Assembly (NCBI GenBank): GCA_964362865.1
Contig: CAYIGD010000002.1
Location: forward strand, 4,253-68,252
DNA length: 64,000 nucleotides
Direction: 5' to 3'
Source of the DNA: an uncultured Candidatus Saccharibacteria bacterium
GTDB lineage: Bacteria; Patescibacteriota; UBA1384; JAGVHQ01
This document shows, piece by piece, positions 17,446 through 27,304 of the stretch. Both the position numbers and the translations under genes were made by a program. Under the pieces are notes generated by a model. It did not search any database and was not told where the DNA came from. It was given only the letters and a program-made list of their open reading frames with translations. Positions within the stretch are counted from its first letter, which is position 1, and the number at the start of each line of letters is the position of its first letter.

Positions 17446-18425
17446 TGAATGTTGAGGATGTTAGTTGCCGGCCCGAGGGTTGTGTTGTTGAGGAAAAGGG
17501 TGGTGGGTGTGTCAATTTTTGCGCGACTAATATTAAGTAGGCCAGTTGGGGTTTCGTGGGCATCGGAGAAGATCCGGTCAAACTCGCCATAGTCTTTCAA
17601 AAGCTGTCCGGTTAGGGAAAATGTCTGAACGCTTGTTTTCAGATCGGTTACTTTGAAGGATACAAGCACTCGTTCGCCCGTTACCCGTAGCGCGCGTACC
17701 GGCTGTGTAAAAGTTTTTAAAACAATCGGATCAGCAGGCGTTGTGGGAACTCGCTTCAGCAGGTATTGGGAGTTGCTGGGCGCGATATAATAGACCGCAC
17801 TTGCGTCCCCCGACCACTGGGGGAAGAGAATGCCTTCCTGTTCTTGGGCAAGTATGGAGGGTCCACTGTTGCCGAGTGAGTTTTTCATAAGATCAAATGA
17901 CGCGCCCTGCGCGTTCTGATTAAATTGAACGGTAAGATATGCGCTTCGGTCGGAAGATACACTCGGTGGTTGCACAGAAGAAACCGATTCGGCAAGCACC
18001 GTTGCCTGCGCGCTCCCTGCTTTTGGAAAGAGCACTAAGTCGACAACAGCTCCCATAAGATCCGTATTTTCTCGAGCGCGAGTTGCAATGATGGAATCGG
18101 AGCTGGAATAGACCACTTCCAAATACCCGCTCCCAGGTCCACGGGTAATGATTTGGGAGTTTTTCTGTGTTAGATTATAGGCGATCACTTCGCCGGTCGG
18201 AGCCGAGAATGCGTAAATAATCTGCTCGACGGGCGTTTTCTCTGGCTCAGGACTACTGCTCGGTGAACTCTGGTTCTCTGGTGTTGGACTCGCGTTCGAT
18301 ATAATCACGCTTGAGCTTGTTTCGCTCGTCGGCTTTGTCGTATCGGCGCGTACGACCAAATACCCGAAGCTGGCCAAGGCAAGCATGAAAATCACGGTTG
18401 AGAATGTTTTTCGTGCGCGTTTCAT
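17442..18425 (-). CDS. Hypothetical secreted protein inserted between secY and adk
   Basis: 327 aa with a signal peptide or anchor (VIFMLALASFGYLVVRA) and a Ser/Thr/Pro-rich linker, then a beta-rich domain with no motif I recognise. Its stop overlaps the adk start by 4 nt, and its start abuts the secY stop. Confidence 0.55.
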   Translation of the reverse strand: MKRARKTFSTVIFMLALASFGYLVVRADTTKPTSETSSSVIISNASPTPENQSSPSSSPEPEKTPVEQIIYAFSAPTGEVIAYNLTQKNSQIITRGPGSGYLEVVYSSSDSIIATRARENTDLMGAVVDLVLFPKAGSAQATVLAESVSSVQPPSVSSDRSAYLTVQFNQNAQGASFDLMKNSLGNSGPSILAQEQEGILFPQWSGDASAVYYIAPSNSQYLLKRVPTTPADPIVLKTFTQPVRALRVTGERVLVSFKVTDLKTSVQTFSLTGQLLKDYGEFDRIFSDAHETPTGLLNISRAKIDTPTTLFLNNTTLGPATNILNIQ

Positions 18426-18426
18426 C

Positions 18427-19698
18427 TTACGAAAACGTATCGTACGTGCGCATCACGACTTGGGCCTTGAGTTGGCGGGTGGTTTCGATAATAACGGAAA
18501 CCAAAATAAGAATACTAGTCCCACCCAGCACCAGAGTCTGGACCTTCGTGAGTGACTGTACAATAAACGGCAGAACCGCAACCAGCGCGATAAATAACCC
18601 CCCCAAAGTGGTAATGCGGATTAAGCTCGTGCGCAGATACGTGGCAGTCTCGTTCCCGGGCCGGATGCCGGGGATGAACCCCCCCTGTTTTTGGAGATTT
18701 TCCGCCACCTGAGGGGGCTGGAAGACAACGAATGTATAGAAAAAAGTAAACGCAAAAACAAACACGAAATACAGGATTCCATATACGGTTTGATTTTCAA
18801 GCAATCGCGTGAGCGTGTTCGCGGCATTCGCAATCCATTCGGTTTTAGCTAGAGCAAAGAAGCGCGCGACTACGGTTGGGAAGATCAACATTGAAAGCGC
18901 AAAAATAATCGGGATTACGCCGGCGGAATTCACCTTGAGCGGAATATGGGTATTCACGCCCGCCCAACTGCGTTGCCCTCTTACTCGGCGGGCATACGTT
19001 ACCGGAATTTGGCGTTCGCCCTGCGTAATAAATACAATCGCGGCGACCGTTGCGATCCCGATTGCGGCAAACGCAACCAGGCCAAAAATTTTACCGGTAT
19101 CCACAACCGCCAATGTATTGCGTACTTGAGTTGGGAGGCCGGACACGATCCCGAGCGCGATTAACATCGAGATTCCATTGCCAATACCGTTTTCAGAAAT
19201 AATTTCTCCAAGCCACATTAAAAGCATGGTCGTGGCGGTCGTGACCGCGAGCATGGTTGCGATCTGGATTCCATCCCATTCTGGCAGGATCCCTTGCTGT
19301 CGGAATAAAAGCAATGTTCCGATCCCTTGTAAGATCGCCATCGGAACGGTTAGGAGCCGCGTGTATTGGGTGATTTTTTTGCGGCCAAACTCCCCTTCTT
19401 TCTGGAGCGCCTCGAGCGATGGGACCACGTAGGTCATCAGCTGCACGACAATCGATGCGGTAATATAGGGGCCGACTCCCATCAACATGATTGAGAAATT
19501 ACTGAGTGTCCCGCCCGAGAAGAGATCCAGTAATCCAAAAAGCTGGTTTTGGGAGAAAAATTGTGAAAGTTGGCGGATGTCCACGCCCGGCAAAGGAACG
19601 TGCGCAATAAAGCGGGTTAAAATAAGAATCCCGACCGTTATCAGGGCTTTGCGCCGCAGGTCAGGTAAGCGCCAGATTTTGACAAGGAAATTGAACAT
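18427..19698 (-). CDS. secY: Preprotein translocase subunit SecY
   Basis: 423 aa, 10-TM SecY pattern with an N-terminus of the form L...DLRRK-L-T-L-L--R and a C-terminus ending RTYDTF. Confidence 0.93.
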   Translation of the reverse strand: MFNFLVKIWRLPDLRRKALITVGILILTRFIAHVPLPGVDIRQLSQFFSQNQLFGLLDLFSGGTLSNFSIMLMGVGPYITASIVVQLMTYVVPSLEALQKEGEFGRKKITQYTRLLTVPMAILQGIGTLLLFRQQGILPEWDGIQIATMLAVTTATTMLLMWLGEIISENGIGNGISMLIALGIVSGLPTQVRNTLAVVDTGKIFGLVAFAAIGIATVAAIVFITQGERQIPVTYARRVRGQRSWAGVNTHIPLKVNSAGVIPIIFALSMLIFPTVVARFFALAKTEWIANAANTLTRLLENQTVYGILYFVFVFAFTFFYTFVVFQPPQVAENLQKQGGFIPGIRPGNETATYLRTSLIRITTLGGLFIALVAVLPFIVQSLTKVQTLVLGGTSILILVSVIIETTRQLKAQVVMRTYDTFS

Positions 19699-19708
19699 AT
19701 ATCAAGAA

Positions 19709-20335
19709 TCAATTATACCCGAACAGAGTTTCGTTTACACTGGATGCGCTCTTTCTGCCAAACTCGGGAGCACGTTCGTAGCGGGGGTGTTGCGATCTAT
19801 ACGCAGTATTGAGTGCGATAATTTCAGATAGCTCTTTACGCTGCAGCTTATTTTTTGAAAACGGCGTACTCGGGTATCCCACCGCTAATAAAACAATCAC
19901 GCGCCCGCTATGGGGTATTCCGATCAGCTCGGCGATTGGTTTTTGTTTAAATCCGGCAATTTGATTAACGATTAAACCGCGCTCAAGCGCTGCGAGTGTG
20001 AACGCCATAACAGCCGCGCCTACATCGTATAAATAAAATAAGGTGTTGCCGATACGGTCGTCAAAAGCCGGATCTGACCAGACGGCAATCATAAGCGGTG
20101 CCTCTGCCCCCCATTCGTTTCCCGGATGAAGATTTTCATGAATTTTCGTGCGCACCGGTTTATCTCGGAGTATTACAAATCGCCACGGTTGTGTGTTGTG
20201 GGATGAGGGTGCCCATTGTGCGGCTTCAAAAAGTGCTTTCATGACAGATTTCAGCGGAATTCTTGTCAAAAAAAATCGTGAGCGAACCCTTTGCTTCAAA
20301 ATTGTGGGCAGCCCCAGGCGCGCTCGCACTCGCAT
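19709..20335 (-). CDS. Nitroreductase-family protein (NAD(P)H-flavin oxidoreductase-like) inserted between rplO and secY
   Basis: RVRSRFF...PLKSVMKALFEAAQWAPSSHNTQPWRFVIL is the nitroreductase N-terminal signature (RRS-R-F ... A-SS-N-QPW-F). The ATG at 20333-20335 sits 4 nt after the rplO stop. Confidence 0.7.
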   Translation of the reverse strand: MRVRARLGLPTILKQRVRSRFFLTRIPLKSVMKALFEAAQWAPSSHNTQPWRFVILRDKPVRTKIHENLHPGNEWGAEAPLMIAVWSDPAFDDRIGNTLFYLYDVGAAVMAFTLAALERGLIVNQIAGFKQKPIAELIGIPHSGRVIVLLAVGYPSTPFSKNKLQRKELSEIIALNTAYRSQHPRYERAPEFGRKSASSVNETLFGYN

Positions 20336-20339
20336 ACGT

Positions 20340-20750
20340 TTAGACCCGCTGCGCGTGCTTTTTAGTAAGTTTGATATGCTCTCCCAGTGTGAATCCGGTG
20401 GGAAGCGGTCCGCCAATCAGCTTCACTGCACTTACGCTTGTTTTAAGCAGGCCGGCTTGGCGTAATTTTTCGAGCGTAACTTGAGTAGGCTTTAATTTTT
20501 GGGTGAGCGCTTGGATCGTCACCGCAATCGGTTTTGTGCCTTGGCGCATCTGCCGCGAGAGTGAGCCGCGTTTTTTAGGGATTCTACGGATCAGGGGGGT
20601 TTGCCCGCCTTCAAACCGCGCAGATACCCTATATCGGGCTCTTTGACCTTTGGTACCTCGTCCGGCAGTTTTACCTTGCCCGGCTGCAATCCCCCGCCCG
20701 ACCCGGACCCTATTTTTTATTTGTCTTTTTGGAAGCTCGGTTAGATTCAT
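20340..20750 (-). CDS. rplO: 50S ribosomal protein L15
   Basis: [24 protein letters not shown] matches L15. Confidence 0.9.
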   Translation of the reverse strand: MNLTELPKRQIKNRVRVGRGIAAGQGKTAGRGTKGQRARYRVSARFEGGQTPLIRRIPKKRGSLSRQMRQGTKPIAVTIQALTQKLKPTQVTLEKLRQAGLLKTSVSAVKLIGGPLPTGFTLGEHIKLTKKHAQRV

Positions 20751-21276
20751 GTTTCTCTTCTTTCTGCTTTTGATTTTTAGCTTTCACGGTAACGCGTTGC
20801 GTTGGATTTTGATATGCGATGCGGGATTTTTCAGGTCGAAACGAAAGCAGCGCCTGTTGGGTGGCCCGAATCGTATTCAATTTATTTGAAGATCCCATAC
20901 TCTTCGTAATAATGTTTTTAATCCCGGCCACTTCCGCAATCGCCCGCACCGGGCCTCCCGCGATCACCGATGTTCCTGCTCTGGCGGGTTTTAACATGAC
21001 GGTCACGCCAGAAAAGAAACCAGTTGTCGGATGTGGGATTGTACCAGCGTGAAGCGGGATTGAAAACAGACTTCGCTTTGCTTGGGTAAAGGCTTTTTTT
21101 ACGGCAGCTTGCACTTCCGCCGCCTTTGCCACGCCGATCCCGACTGAACCTTGATGGTTACCAATCACAACGACGGCACGGAAACGGATCCGTCGACCGC
21201 CTTTTACGGTGCGAGCGACACGATTGATTTCGATCACTCGCTCTTCAAACTCTGGTTTTTCGGGTGAATCTTGCAT
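20710..21276 (-). CDS. rpsE: 30S ribosomal protein S5 (with Lys-rich C-terminal tail)
   Basis: [42 protein letters not shown] matches S5. Start chosen at MQDSPEK just after the rplR stop. The tail is [24 protein letters not shown]. The 3' end overlaps rplO by about 41 nt. No rpmD (L30) lies between. Confidence 0.9.
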   Translation of the reverse strand: MQDSPEKPEFEERVIEINRVARTVKGGRRIRFRAVVVIGNHQGSVGIGVAKAAEVQAAVKKAFTQAKRSLFSIPLHAGTIPHPTTGFFSGVTVMLKPARAGTSVIAGGPVRAIAEVAGIKNIITKSMGSSNKLNTIRATQQALLSFRPEKSRIAYQNPTQRVTVKAKNQKQKEEKHESNRASKKTNKK

Positions 21277-21283
21277 TTTACTC

Positions 21284-21607
21284 CTATATCGTAAGGCCCG
21301 TGCTACGCGCCCCGTCGCAAATTCGTTGTACGTTGCCATGGTATGCGCGTGCTCCGCGGTCGAATACAACGCGTGTAATTTTTTTGGCAAGTGCTGCTTT
21401 ACCAATCGTCTCCCCAAGCTTAGTTGCCGCTTGGGCGGCTTCGCCTTTGGCGGGACGCACCAGTTGCGCGGCTAAGACCCGACCACCGTGATCGATTACT
21501 TGTGTATAGAAACTCCGGTTTGAAATTGTGACTACAAGGCGCGGGTAGAGCGCGGATTTAGCCCGCGCACGAACTTTTTGTTTTCGTCGAATACTTGAAA
21601 AACTCAT
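21284..21607 (-). CDS. rplR: 50S ribosomal protein L18
   Basis: RKQKVRARAKSALYPRLVVTISNRSFYTQVID...RVVFDRGARAYHGNVQRICDGAR matches L18. Confidence 0.9.
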   Translation of the reverse strand: MSFSSIRRKQKVRARAKSALYPRLVVTISNRSFYTQVIDHGGRVLAAQLVRPAKGEAAQAATKLGETIGKAALAKKITRVVFDRGARAYHGNVQRICDGARSTGLTI

Positions 21608-22161
21608 TACGCTCCTTTAGTCGCGGCACCTTTGCCTGCTTTTCCGGGTTTCAGGATAACACGTTCGTTGGAATAGCGGAGCCCTTTGCCTTTGTACGGC
21701 TCCACGGGACGCAAGCGCCGAATGCTTGCCGCTACCTCGCCCACTTTCTGCTTATCAATGCCAGAAATTACAATCGTATTCTTTTCCATTTTAAGCGTGA
21801 CCCCTTCGGGTGGGGAGTAATGTACAGGATGAGAAAAGCCGAGGTTCAGTGACAGGGTAACGCCCTCGAGTGTTGCCCGCATTCCAACCCCTTTGATTTC
21901 AATCCGGCGAACATACCCGTCTTTAACCCCGATGGCCGCGTTGGAAATAAGTCGTTGCCAGAGGCCATGCTGCGCTTTTGCGGTCCGCGTGTCGTCTTTG
22001 CGATTCACAACGATTTCTGACTCCGTTATGCTCGGCACGATTGTGCTCGTTGGGGAAAGCGTAATCGTTCCCAAAGGACCGCTCAGAGATAGCTCGTTAC
22101 CCAGAAGCTGGGCGTGTACGCCCTCAGGGAGTTTGATTGGAATTTTTCCGAGTCGTGACAT
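21607..22161 (-). CDS. rplF: 50S ribosomal protein L6
   Basis: MSRLGKIPIKLPEGV and two L6 alpha/beta repeats. Confidence 0.93.
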   Translation of the reverse strand: MSRLGKIPIKLPEGVHAQLLGNELSLSGPLGTITLSPTSTIVPSITESEIVVNRKDDTRTAKAQHGLWQRLISNAAIGVKDGYVRRIEIKGVGMRATLEGVTLSLNLGFSHPVHYSPPEGVTLKMEKNTIVISGIDKQKVGEVAASIRRLRPVEPYKGKGLRYSNERVILKPGKAGKGAATKGA

Positions 22162-22171
22162 TTAACCTTCT

Positions 22172-22579
22172 TTAAGAGACTTCACACAACAGTTCGCCGC
22201 CCAGTCCTTTGGAGCGCGCTGTTTCTCCAGCCATCACTCCTTTCGGAGTGGAAATGACGATTAACCCATATCCACCGAGCGGAATCGGGATCTGAGTTGC
22301 TTTCGCGTAGCGACGTAAACCCGGTCGACTAAGGCGTTTTATTGCTCTCAAAACCGGTTTTCTTGTTCCGCCGAGCAACCCCACTTTGAGTAATCCGGGT
22401 TTATCTTTGGGTTTTAATTCTTCGATTTCAAATACATACCCTGCGTCTTTCAAGATTTTCAGAATCGCGGCACTGAGTTTGCTTTTAGGTACGCTCACAA
22501 ACTCTGCCCGCCGGGCAGTGCCGTTTCTAAGCGTGGTTAACATTGCACCAATTGGATCGCTTGTCATAATTCCTACCAA
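22172..22579 (-). CDS. rpsH: 30S ribosomal protein S8
   Basis: [14 protein letters not shown]...[14 protein letters not shown] matches S8. Confidence 0.93.
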   Translation of the reverse strand: MVGIMTSDPIGAMLTTLRNGTARRAEFVSVPKSKLSAAILKILKDAGYVFEIEELKPKDKPGLLKVGLLGGTRKPVLRAIKRLSRPGLRRYAKATQIPIPLGGYGLIVISTPKGVMAGETARSKGLGGELLCEVS

Positions 22580-22758
22580 CTCGCTTTCGTTACTCCCGGA
22601 ATTTCACCCCGAGAGGCGTGCTCTCGAAAACAGATTCGGCACATGCCGAACATGCGCATATATCCGCGCCCTCTTCCACAAATATTGCAGCGCCGGATGG
22701 TGCGACTTGTGTACTTCGGTTTTCTTTTTGCTTTTTCAATCAGAGATTTTTTTGCCAT
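22573..22758 (-). CDS. rpsZ: 30S ribosomal protein S14 type Z (zinc-binding)
   Basis: 61 aa with two CxxC pairs ([23 protein letters not shown]). Confidence 0.92.
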   Translation of the reverse strand: MAKKSLIEKAKRKPKYTSRTIRRCNICGRGRGYMRMFGMCRICFREHASRGEIPGVTKASW

Positions 22759-22766
22759 AATTTTCC

Positions 22767-23303
22767 TTACTCATGTGTACGAAACGGGATCCCCAGGGCC
22801 TTGATGACGGCCTCACCCTCATGGCGTGTTTTAGCACTCGTTGCGATTGCGATCGACAAGCCGTGAGTTTCTTGTACTTGCTCGGCGGCAATTTCCGGTA
22901 ATGTCGTTTGTTCTGTAAATGCGATCGTAATTGCTCCGGTATCGGAAATGCTTGATTGCTTGAACCCGCGAAAATCACGGATTCGCGGAAGGCCGATTGC
23001 CACAAGTTTTTTCAGAAAATCCCACATTCGTGTGCCCCGTAACGTCACCATGTAGCCCACTTCATCTCCGGCACGGACTTTGAAGCCCGCGATCGCTTTA
23101 CGGGCCCGCGTGCTTATTGGTTTCTGGCCAGTGATCAGTGTCAGAGTTTTTTGGACCTCATCCGTAAATCGTTTGTTTGCACGCATTTTGCCGATCCCGA
23201 CAGATACGACTACTTTTTTAATGCGCGTTCCTGCGTGCGGGTTGCGATTCACAATCAGCTCCCCCAACTTGCGTGTAAATTCTTTTTGCGCGAGATTAGT
23301 CAT
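22767..23303 (-). CDS. rplE: 50S ribosomal protein L5
   Basis: [11 protein letters not shown]...[13 protein letters not shown] matches L5. Start placed at the internal MTNLAQKEF. Confidence 0.92.
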   Translation of the reverse strand: MTNLAQKEFTRKLGELIVNRNPHAGTRIKKVVVSVGIGKMRANKRFTDEVQKTLTLITGQKPISTRARKAIAGFKVRAGDEVGYMVTLRGTRMWDFLKKLVAIGLPRIRDFRGFKQSSISDTGAITIAFTEQTTLPEIAAEQVQETHGLSIAIATSAKTRHEGEAVIKALGIPFRTHE

Positions 23304-23607
23304 ACAGGGCTTCTTTGCATTTAGCGCAAATCCGCGTCCGTCCACCTGCATGAATTTTCACGTGCGCACGCGTTGGGCGGGAGCAGCGTGGGCAGACAAG
23401 CATAAGATTTGAAACGTGTAGCGAGGCTGCTTTATCAATTATTCCACCTTGTGGATGCGATCGGCCGGGCTTCAAGTGGATTTTTGCAATATTAAGGCCA
23501 CCCACAATCGCCCGTGACGTTTGGCGGTTGATTTGTTCCACTTTTCCGACCTTTGTGCGGTCTTTTCCGGTTCGAATTGTAACTGTGTCACCAACTTTAA
23601 AATGCAT
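23296..23607 (-). CDS. rplX: 50S ribosomal protein L24 with C-terminal zinc-ribbon extension
   Basis: KOW motif HFKVGDTVTIRTGKDRTKVGKV, then a C-terminal CPRCSRPTRAHVKIHAGGRTRICAKC (CxxC...CxxC). Confidence 0.85.
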   Translation of the reverse strand: MHFKVGDTVTIRTGKDRTKVGKVEQINRQTSRAIVGGLNIAKIHLKPGRSHPQGGIIDKAASLHVSNLMLVCPRCSRPTRAHVKIHAGGRTRICAKCKEALYD

Positions 23608-23612
23608 ATGTC

Positions 23613-23981
23613 CTACCATACCTCTGGCGCTAGAGAGAGAATCTTTGTATATCCGCGCTCGCGCAACTCGCGCGCGACCGGTCCGAAAACACGGGTCCCA
23701 CGGGGCGTTCCATCGGGCTGAATCATCACCACCGCGTTATCGTCAAAGCGAATCGTTGACCCATCCCGCCGCTTAAACGGTTTTTTCTGGCGGACTACAA
23801 CCGCATGCGCTACTTCTTTGGATTTTACTCCAGCATTTGGTAACGCGGATTTGACCGTCACGACAACCCGATCGCCGAGCTGGGCCGCAGAGCGGGGGGC
23901 GCCGCGTGAAACATGAATGCAGACAACCCTCTTAGCCCCGGAGTTATCCGCAACAACAAGATGGGATTGAGGCTGGATCAT
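23613..23981 (-). CDS. rplN: 50S ribosomal protein L14
   Basis: [17 protein letters not shown] matches L14. Confidence 0.95.
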   Translation of the reverse strand: MIQPQSHLVVADNSGAKRVVCIHVSRGAPRSAAQLGDRVVVTVKSALPNAGVKSKEVAHAVVVRQKKPFKRRDGSTIRFDDNAVVMIQPDGTPRGTRVFGPVARELRERGYTKILSLAPEVW

Positions 23982-24220
23982 GAGCGCTCCTTAGCCTTCG
24001 TGACAACTTTCCATGCTACCAGACGAGATCGACGCGCAGTAGCTTCGATTGTCACATTTTCTCCGATCCCAAATGTTCCCTTTTCTACGTGTGCGAGGTA
24101 GCGGCGGGAAACGATTCGACGTTTTCGGTATAAAGGATGAATAATTGATCGCTCAACAGCGATTTTTACCGTTGAGTCCCCGATCAAGCCCACGATTACT
24201 CCTTTTTTACGCTGTAACAT
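23978..24220 (-). CDS. rpsQ: 30S ribosomal protein S17
   Basis: [29 protein letters not shown] matches the S17 OB fold. Confidence 0.9.
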   Translation of the reverse strand: MLQRKKGVIVGLIGDSTVKIAVERSIIHPLYRKRRIVSRRYLAHVEKGTFGIGENVTIEATARRSRLVAWKVVTKAKERS

Positions 24221-24416
24221 TAGATTTCTCCCTTAAAATCGTCCAGGTACGAGCCAATTTCTTGCGCAGCGCGCGTACTTTTTTTGTATTCTTTTGCTTA
24301 CCGAGGCCGATTTCGTGGATTGTTTTTATAATTTCAGATCTTGTGGTCACAATCACTTCCCCCAATGCTTGCAAAGGGATTTCTCGGATTTTTTTTAGCT
24401 CGTCACGGGTTTTCAT
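24207..24416 (-). CDS. rpmC: 50S ribosomal protein L29
   Basis: 69 aa, helical, of the form EL...E...L.E....LR. Confidence 0.85.
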   Translation of the reverse strand: MKTRDELKKIREIPLQALGEVIVTTRSEIIKTIHEIGLGKQKNTKKVRALRKKLARTWTILREKSNVTA

Positions 24417-24826
24417 CGATTATCTTTCACGAGGAACGTTGTTTTTACCATGAGCTTATGGGCTGCAAGTCGCATCGCCTCTTTGGCTACTGGCTCAGAT
24501 ACACCGTCCATCTCAAACAGTATCCGTCCTGGCCGTACTCGTGCGACAAAGTGGTCGAGCCCGCCCTTTCCGCCACCCATGCCAGTTTCTGCGGGTTGGC
24601 TCGTAACCGGCGTGTGAGGGAAAATTCGAATCCAAATCTCGCCTCCGCGTTTGACATAACGAGTCATTGCTCGGCGGGCCGCCTCGATTTGACGCGCGCT
24701 CAGGCGCCCTCTTTCAATCGCTTTTAAGCCATATTTGCCGAACGCTAGGTCTACTCCGCGTGAAGCGTTTCCGGGTAAAACACCGCGGAAAACCTTCCGA
24801 TGTTTTAATTTACGCGGCATGAGCAT
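24413..24826 (-). CDS. rplP: 50S ribosomal protein L16
   Basis: [15 protein letters not shown] matches the L16 N-terminus. Start placed at the internal Met, overlapping the rpsC 3' end. Confidence 0.92.
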   Translation of the reverse strand: MLMPRKLKHRKVFRGVLPGNASRGVDLAFGKYGLKAIERGRLSARQIEAARRAMTRYVKRGGEIWIRIFPHTPVTSQPAETGMGGGKGGLDHFVARVRPGRILFEMDGVSEPVAKEAMRLAAHKLMVKTTFLVKDNR

Positions 24827-25481
24827 GGATACTCTCCTCGCTATATTGGCCGCGATGAATCCAGACCTTAACTCCAATGACGCCATAGGTCGTACGGGCG
24901 TGCTCGACAGCAAAATCAATATCGGCCCTAAAGCTCGATAGCGGTAAAGTGCCGATCGTTACAGTTTGGGTACGGGCGATTTCGACCCCGCCCAGTCTTC
25001 CTGAAAGTTGGATTCGAACACCTTTTGCGCCGGCGCTCATGACTTTTTCACTTGCTAAGCGCATCGCACGTTTATACGCGATTCTCTTTTTAAGCTGATT
25101 GGAAATATTTTGGGCGACTAAGCTTGCGTGTAGGTCCGGTTTTTTGATTTCAAGAATATTAATTTTACATTTCACTAACGCGCCCGCAGTGCGTGTTAGG
25201 TGTGCTTCAATTTTAGTTCTCAGTGCGATAATTTCCTGCCCACTGCGGCCAATGAGCAAACCTGGTTTGGAGGTTGAAAGCGTGAGGGTAATGTCGGCTG
25301 GTCCACGTTCAATCTCCACGAGCGCAATCCCGGCGTTAGTGGAAAAGTGGGCACGGATGAAGCGTCGAATCTCCAGATCCTGTAGGAGGTTGCGCGTATA
25401 ATTGCGACCACTGAACCAGCGGCTGCGCCAGGCGCGCGTTAAAAGTGTACGCATTGCAATCGGATTTACTTTTTGGCCCAT
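24810..25481 (-). CDS. rpsC: 30S ribosomal protein S3
   Basis: [11 protein letters not shown] and the KH domain. Confidence 0.93.
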   Translation of the reverse strand: MGQKVNPIAMRTLLTRAWRSRWFSGRNYTRNLLQDLEIRRFIRAHFSTNAGIALVEIERGPADITLTLSTSKPGLLIGRSGQEIIALRTKIEAHLTRTAGALVKCKINILEIKKPDLHASLVAQNISNQLKKRIAYKRAMRLASEKVMSAGAKGVRIQLSGRLGGVEIARTQTVTIGTLPLSSFRADIDFAVEHARTTYGVIGVKVWIHRGQYSEESIHAHAA

Positions 25482-25831
25482 CGCGTTCCTTTTGGTTTTG
25501 GCTCACTCTCGTCGCTGAGCTCAATGTGGATGTGACTCATTTTTTTCATCATCGGTGCACTGCGCCCGCGTGAGTGGAGAATGCGCCGCTTGAGGGCTGG
25601 TCCCTCATCTACTCGGGCAATCACGCGTGCTTTTTCAATATCCATTTCCCGATCTTTTGCAAGCGCTGTGGCAGCCTTAAGCGTCTTGAGCAGTATAAGC
25701 GCCGCGTGATTGGGAATAAAGGTCAGGCGATCCAAAGCCTCCTGAGCGCGCACGCCCCGGATCGTTGTCGCGATTAAACGAACTTTGCGCGGCGCAATCC
25801 GTTGAAATCGAGAAACAGTGTGCACTTTCAT
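25466..25831 (-). CDS. rplV: 50S ribosomal protein L22
   Basis: [16 protein letters not shown]...[21 protein letters not shown] matches L22. Confidence 0.9.
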   Translation of the reverse strand: MKVHTVSRFQRIAPRKVRLIATTIRGVRAQEALDRLTFIPNHAALILLKTLKAATALAKDREMDIEKARVIARVDEGPALKRRILHSRGRSAPMMKKMSHIHIELSDESEPKPKGTRWAKK

Positions 25832-26109
25832 GAATTCACCTGTCGCTTTTCTTGCTCGCGGGCCATTTTCCCTCCATGTCGGCGAAACGTGCGCGTGCTT
25901 GCAAATTCTCCAAGTCGATGGCCAACCATGTCTTCCGTGATCTTGACAGGAATGAAGATTTTACCGTTGTGGACCGCGAACTGCACCCCGATCATTTCCG
26001 GTGTAATAACACTTGCCCTCGCCCAGGTTTTAATCGGTCCATTTCCAGCGGTTATTTTTTTCAATAATCGCTGGTCTATGTATGGCCCTTTTTTTAGTGA
26101 ACGTGACAT
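25828..26109 (-). CDS. rpsS: 30S ribosomal protein S19
   Basis: [12 protein letters not shown]...[17 protein letters not shown] matches S19. Confidence 0.95.
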   Translation of the reverse strand: MSRSLKKGPYIDQRLLKKITAGNGPIKTWARASVITPEMIGVQFAVHNGKIFIPVKITEDMVGHRLGEFASTRTFRRHGGKMAREQEKRQVNS

Positions 26110-26111
26110 AT

Positions 26112-26936
26112 CTATTTCCTTTTTCGCACGATTAACTGTGCCAGGGGGTTGCGCCGACGAGTTTTAAAGCCAAGCGCCGGTTTGCCCCACGGGGTTTTGG
26201 GGTGTTTCAATCCGATTGGGCTATTACCTTCACCTCCACCGTGAGGATGAGCGGCTGGGTACATTGCTTTTCCGCGCACAGTCGGACGCTTCCCCATCCA
26301 GCGCCCCCTCCCGGCTTTGCCGATTCTGATCGTCGAATGGGATAGATTACCGATTTTTCCGATCGATGCATGCGAACGAAGCTGGATTTTGCGGATTTCT
26401 CCAGATGGAAAACGCACTTGCGCATAGTCGCCTTCTTTGGAAACGATTACCGCGGCTGCCCCGGCAGATTGCGCAACCCGGACTCCTCCTTGGGGAAAGA
26501 GTTCCACACTATGAATTTCAATTCCGCTTGGAATCGCGTTTAGGCTCATTCGATTTCCAACTGAGATTTCTGCTTTTTCGTTCGATTCAATGATGTGCCC
26601 CACTTGTAAACCATCCGGCGCGAGGATATAAATCATCTTCCCGCTTTCGGCTTTTACCAACGCAATCCGCGCGCTACGATTCGGGTCATATTCGATTGTC
26701 GTAACTGTTCCGGTGTGCCGACCGAGTTGTTCAAGGGTGGAGATAATTCGAAATCGACGTCGTACCCCACCACCTCGGTGGCGGATCGAAATTGTACCCG
26801 ATTGATCGCGGCCAGAATGCACTCTGAGCGCCCTTGTCAGACTTTTGAGCGGTGTGCGCTTCGTGAGCTCCTTAAAATCAGGGTACGTGATGGCTCGAGA
26901 ACCGGCAGCATTTGGTTTAACTGTGCGTAAAGCCAT
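26112..26936 (-). CDS. rplB: 50S ribosomal protein L2
   Basis: 274 aa with the conserved His-containing C-terminus (PHGGGEG...). Confidence 0.95.
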   Translation of the reverse strand: MALRTVKPNAAGSRAITYPDFKELTKRTPLKSLTRALRVHSGRDQSGTISIRHRGGGVRRRFRIISTLEQLGRHTGTVTTIEYDPNRSARIALVKAESGKMIYILAPDGLQVGHIIESNEKAEISVGNRMSLNAIPSGIEIHSVELFPQGGVRVAQSAGAAAVIVSKEGDYAQVRFPSGEIRKIQLRSHASIGKIGNLSHSTIRIGKAGRGRWMGKRPTVRGKAMYPAAHPHGGGEGNSPIGLKHPKTPWGKPALGFKTRRRNPLAQLIVRKRK

Positions 26937-27304
26937 TACTTCTCCGTATCCTTGCCTTTATCTGGACGGTCATTTGTGGTGCTGTTTTTTAATTTCTTTT
27001 TTTCGTTTTTTTCGCGCGATTCATGTCCCGCGGGGGATGAAAATTCAAATCCGGGAATTGTCATTCCCTTTTTTAAGTGGATGTAGGCAAACTTAACCGC
27101 GGAAACCGCCCCCTTGATTCGCTTGAAACGTCGGGCTTTTGGTTTTCTCGTGGAGGTCGTAATTTTAGTAACCACTACATCAAAAAGTTTACTAATCGTC
27201 CGTACAATTTCAGGTTTGCTCCTCGAAAGAGGAACCGCGAACGTGTAGATTGCAGTTCCTGCGCGGTGTAATGATTTTTCCGTTAAGTGCGGTCTCAGTT
27301 TCAT
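26936..27304 (-). CDS. rplW: 50S ribosomal protein L23 (with Lys/Glu-rich C-terminal extension)
   Basis: L23 core (PHLTEKS...YTFAV...K-EI...LF-V-V--IT) plus the tail REKNEKKKLKNSTTNDRPDKGKDTEK. Confidence 0.88.
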   Translation of the reverse strand: MKLRPHLTEKSLHRAGTAIYTFAVPLSRSKPEIVRTISKLFDVVVTKITTSTRKPKARRFKRIKGAVSAVKFAYIHLKKGMTIPGFEFSSPAGHESREKNEKKKLKNSTTNDRPDKGKDTEK

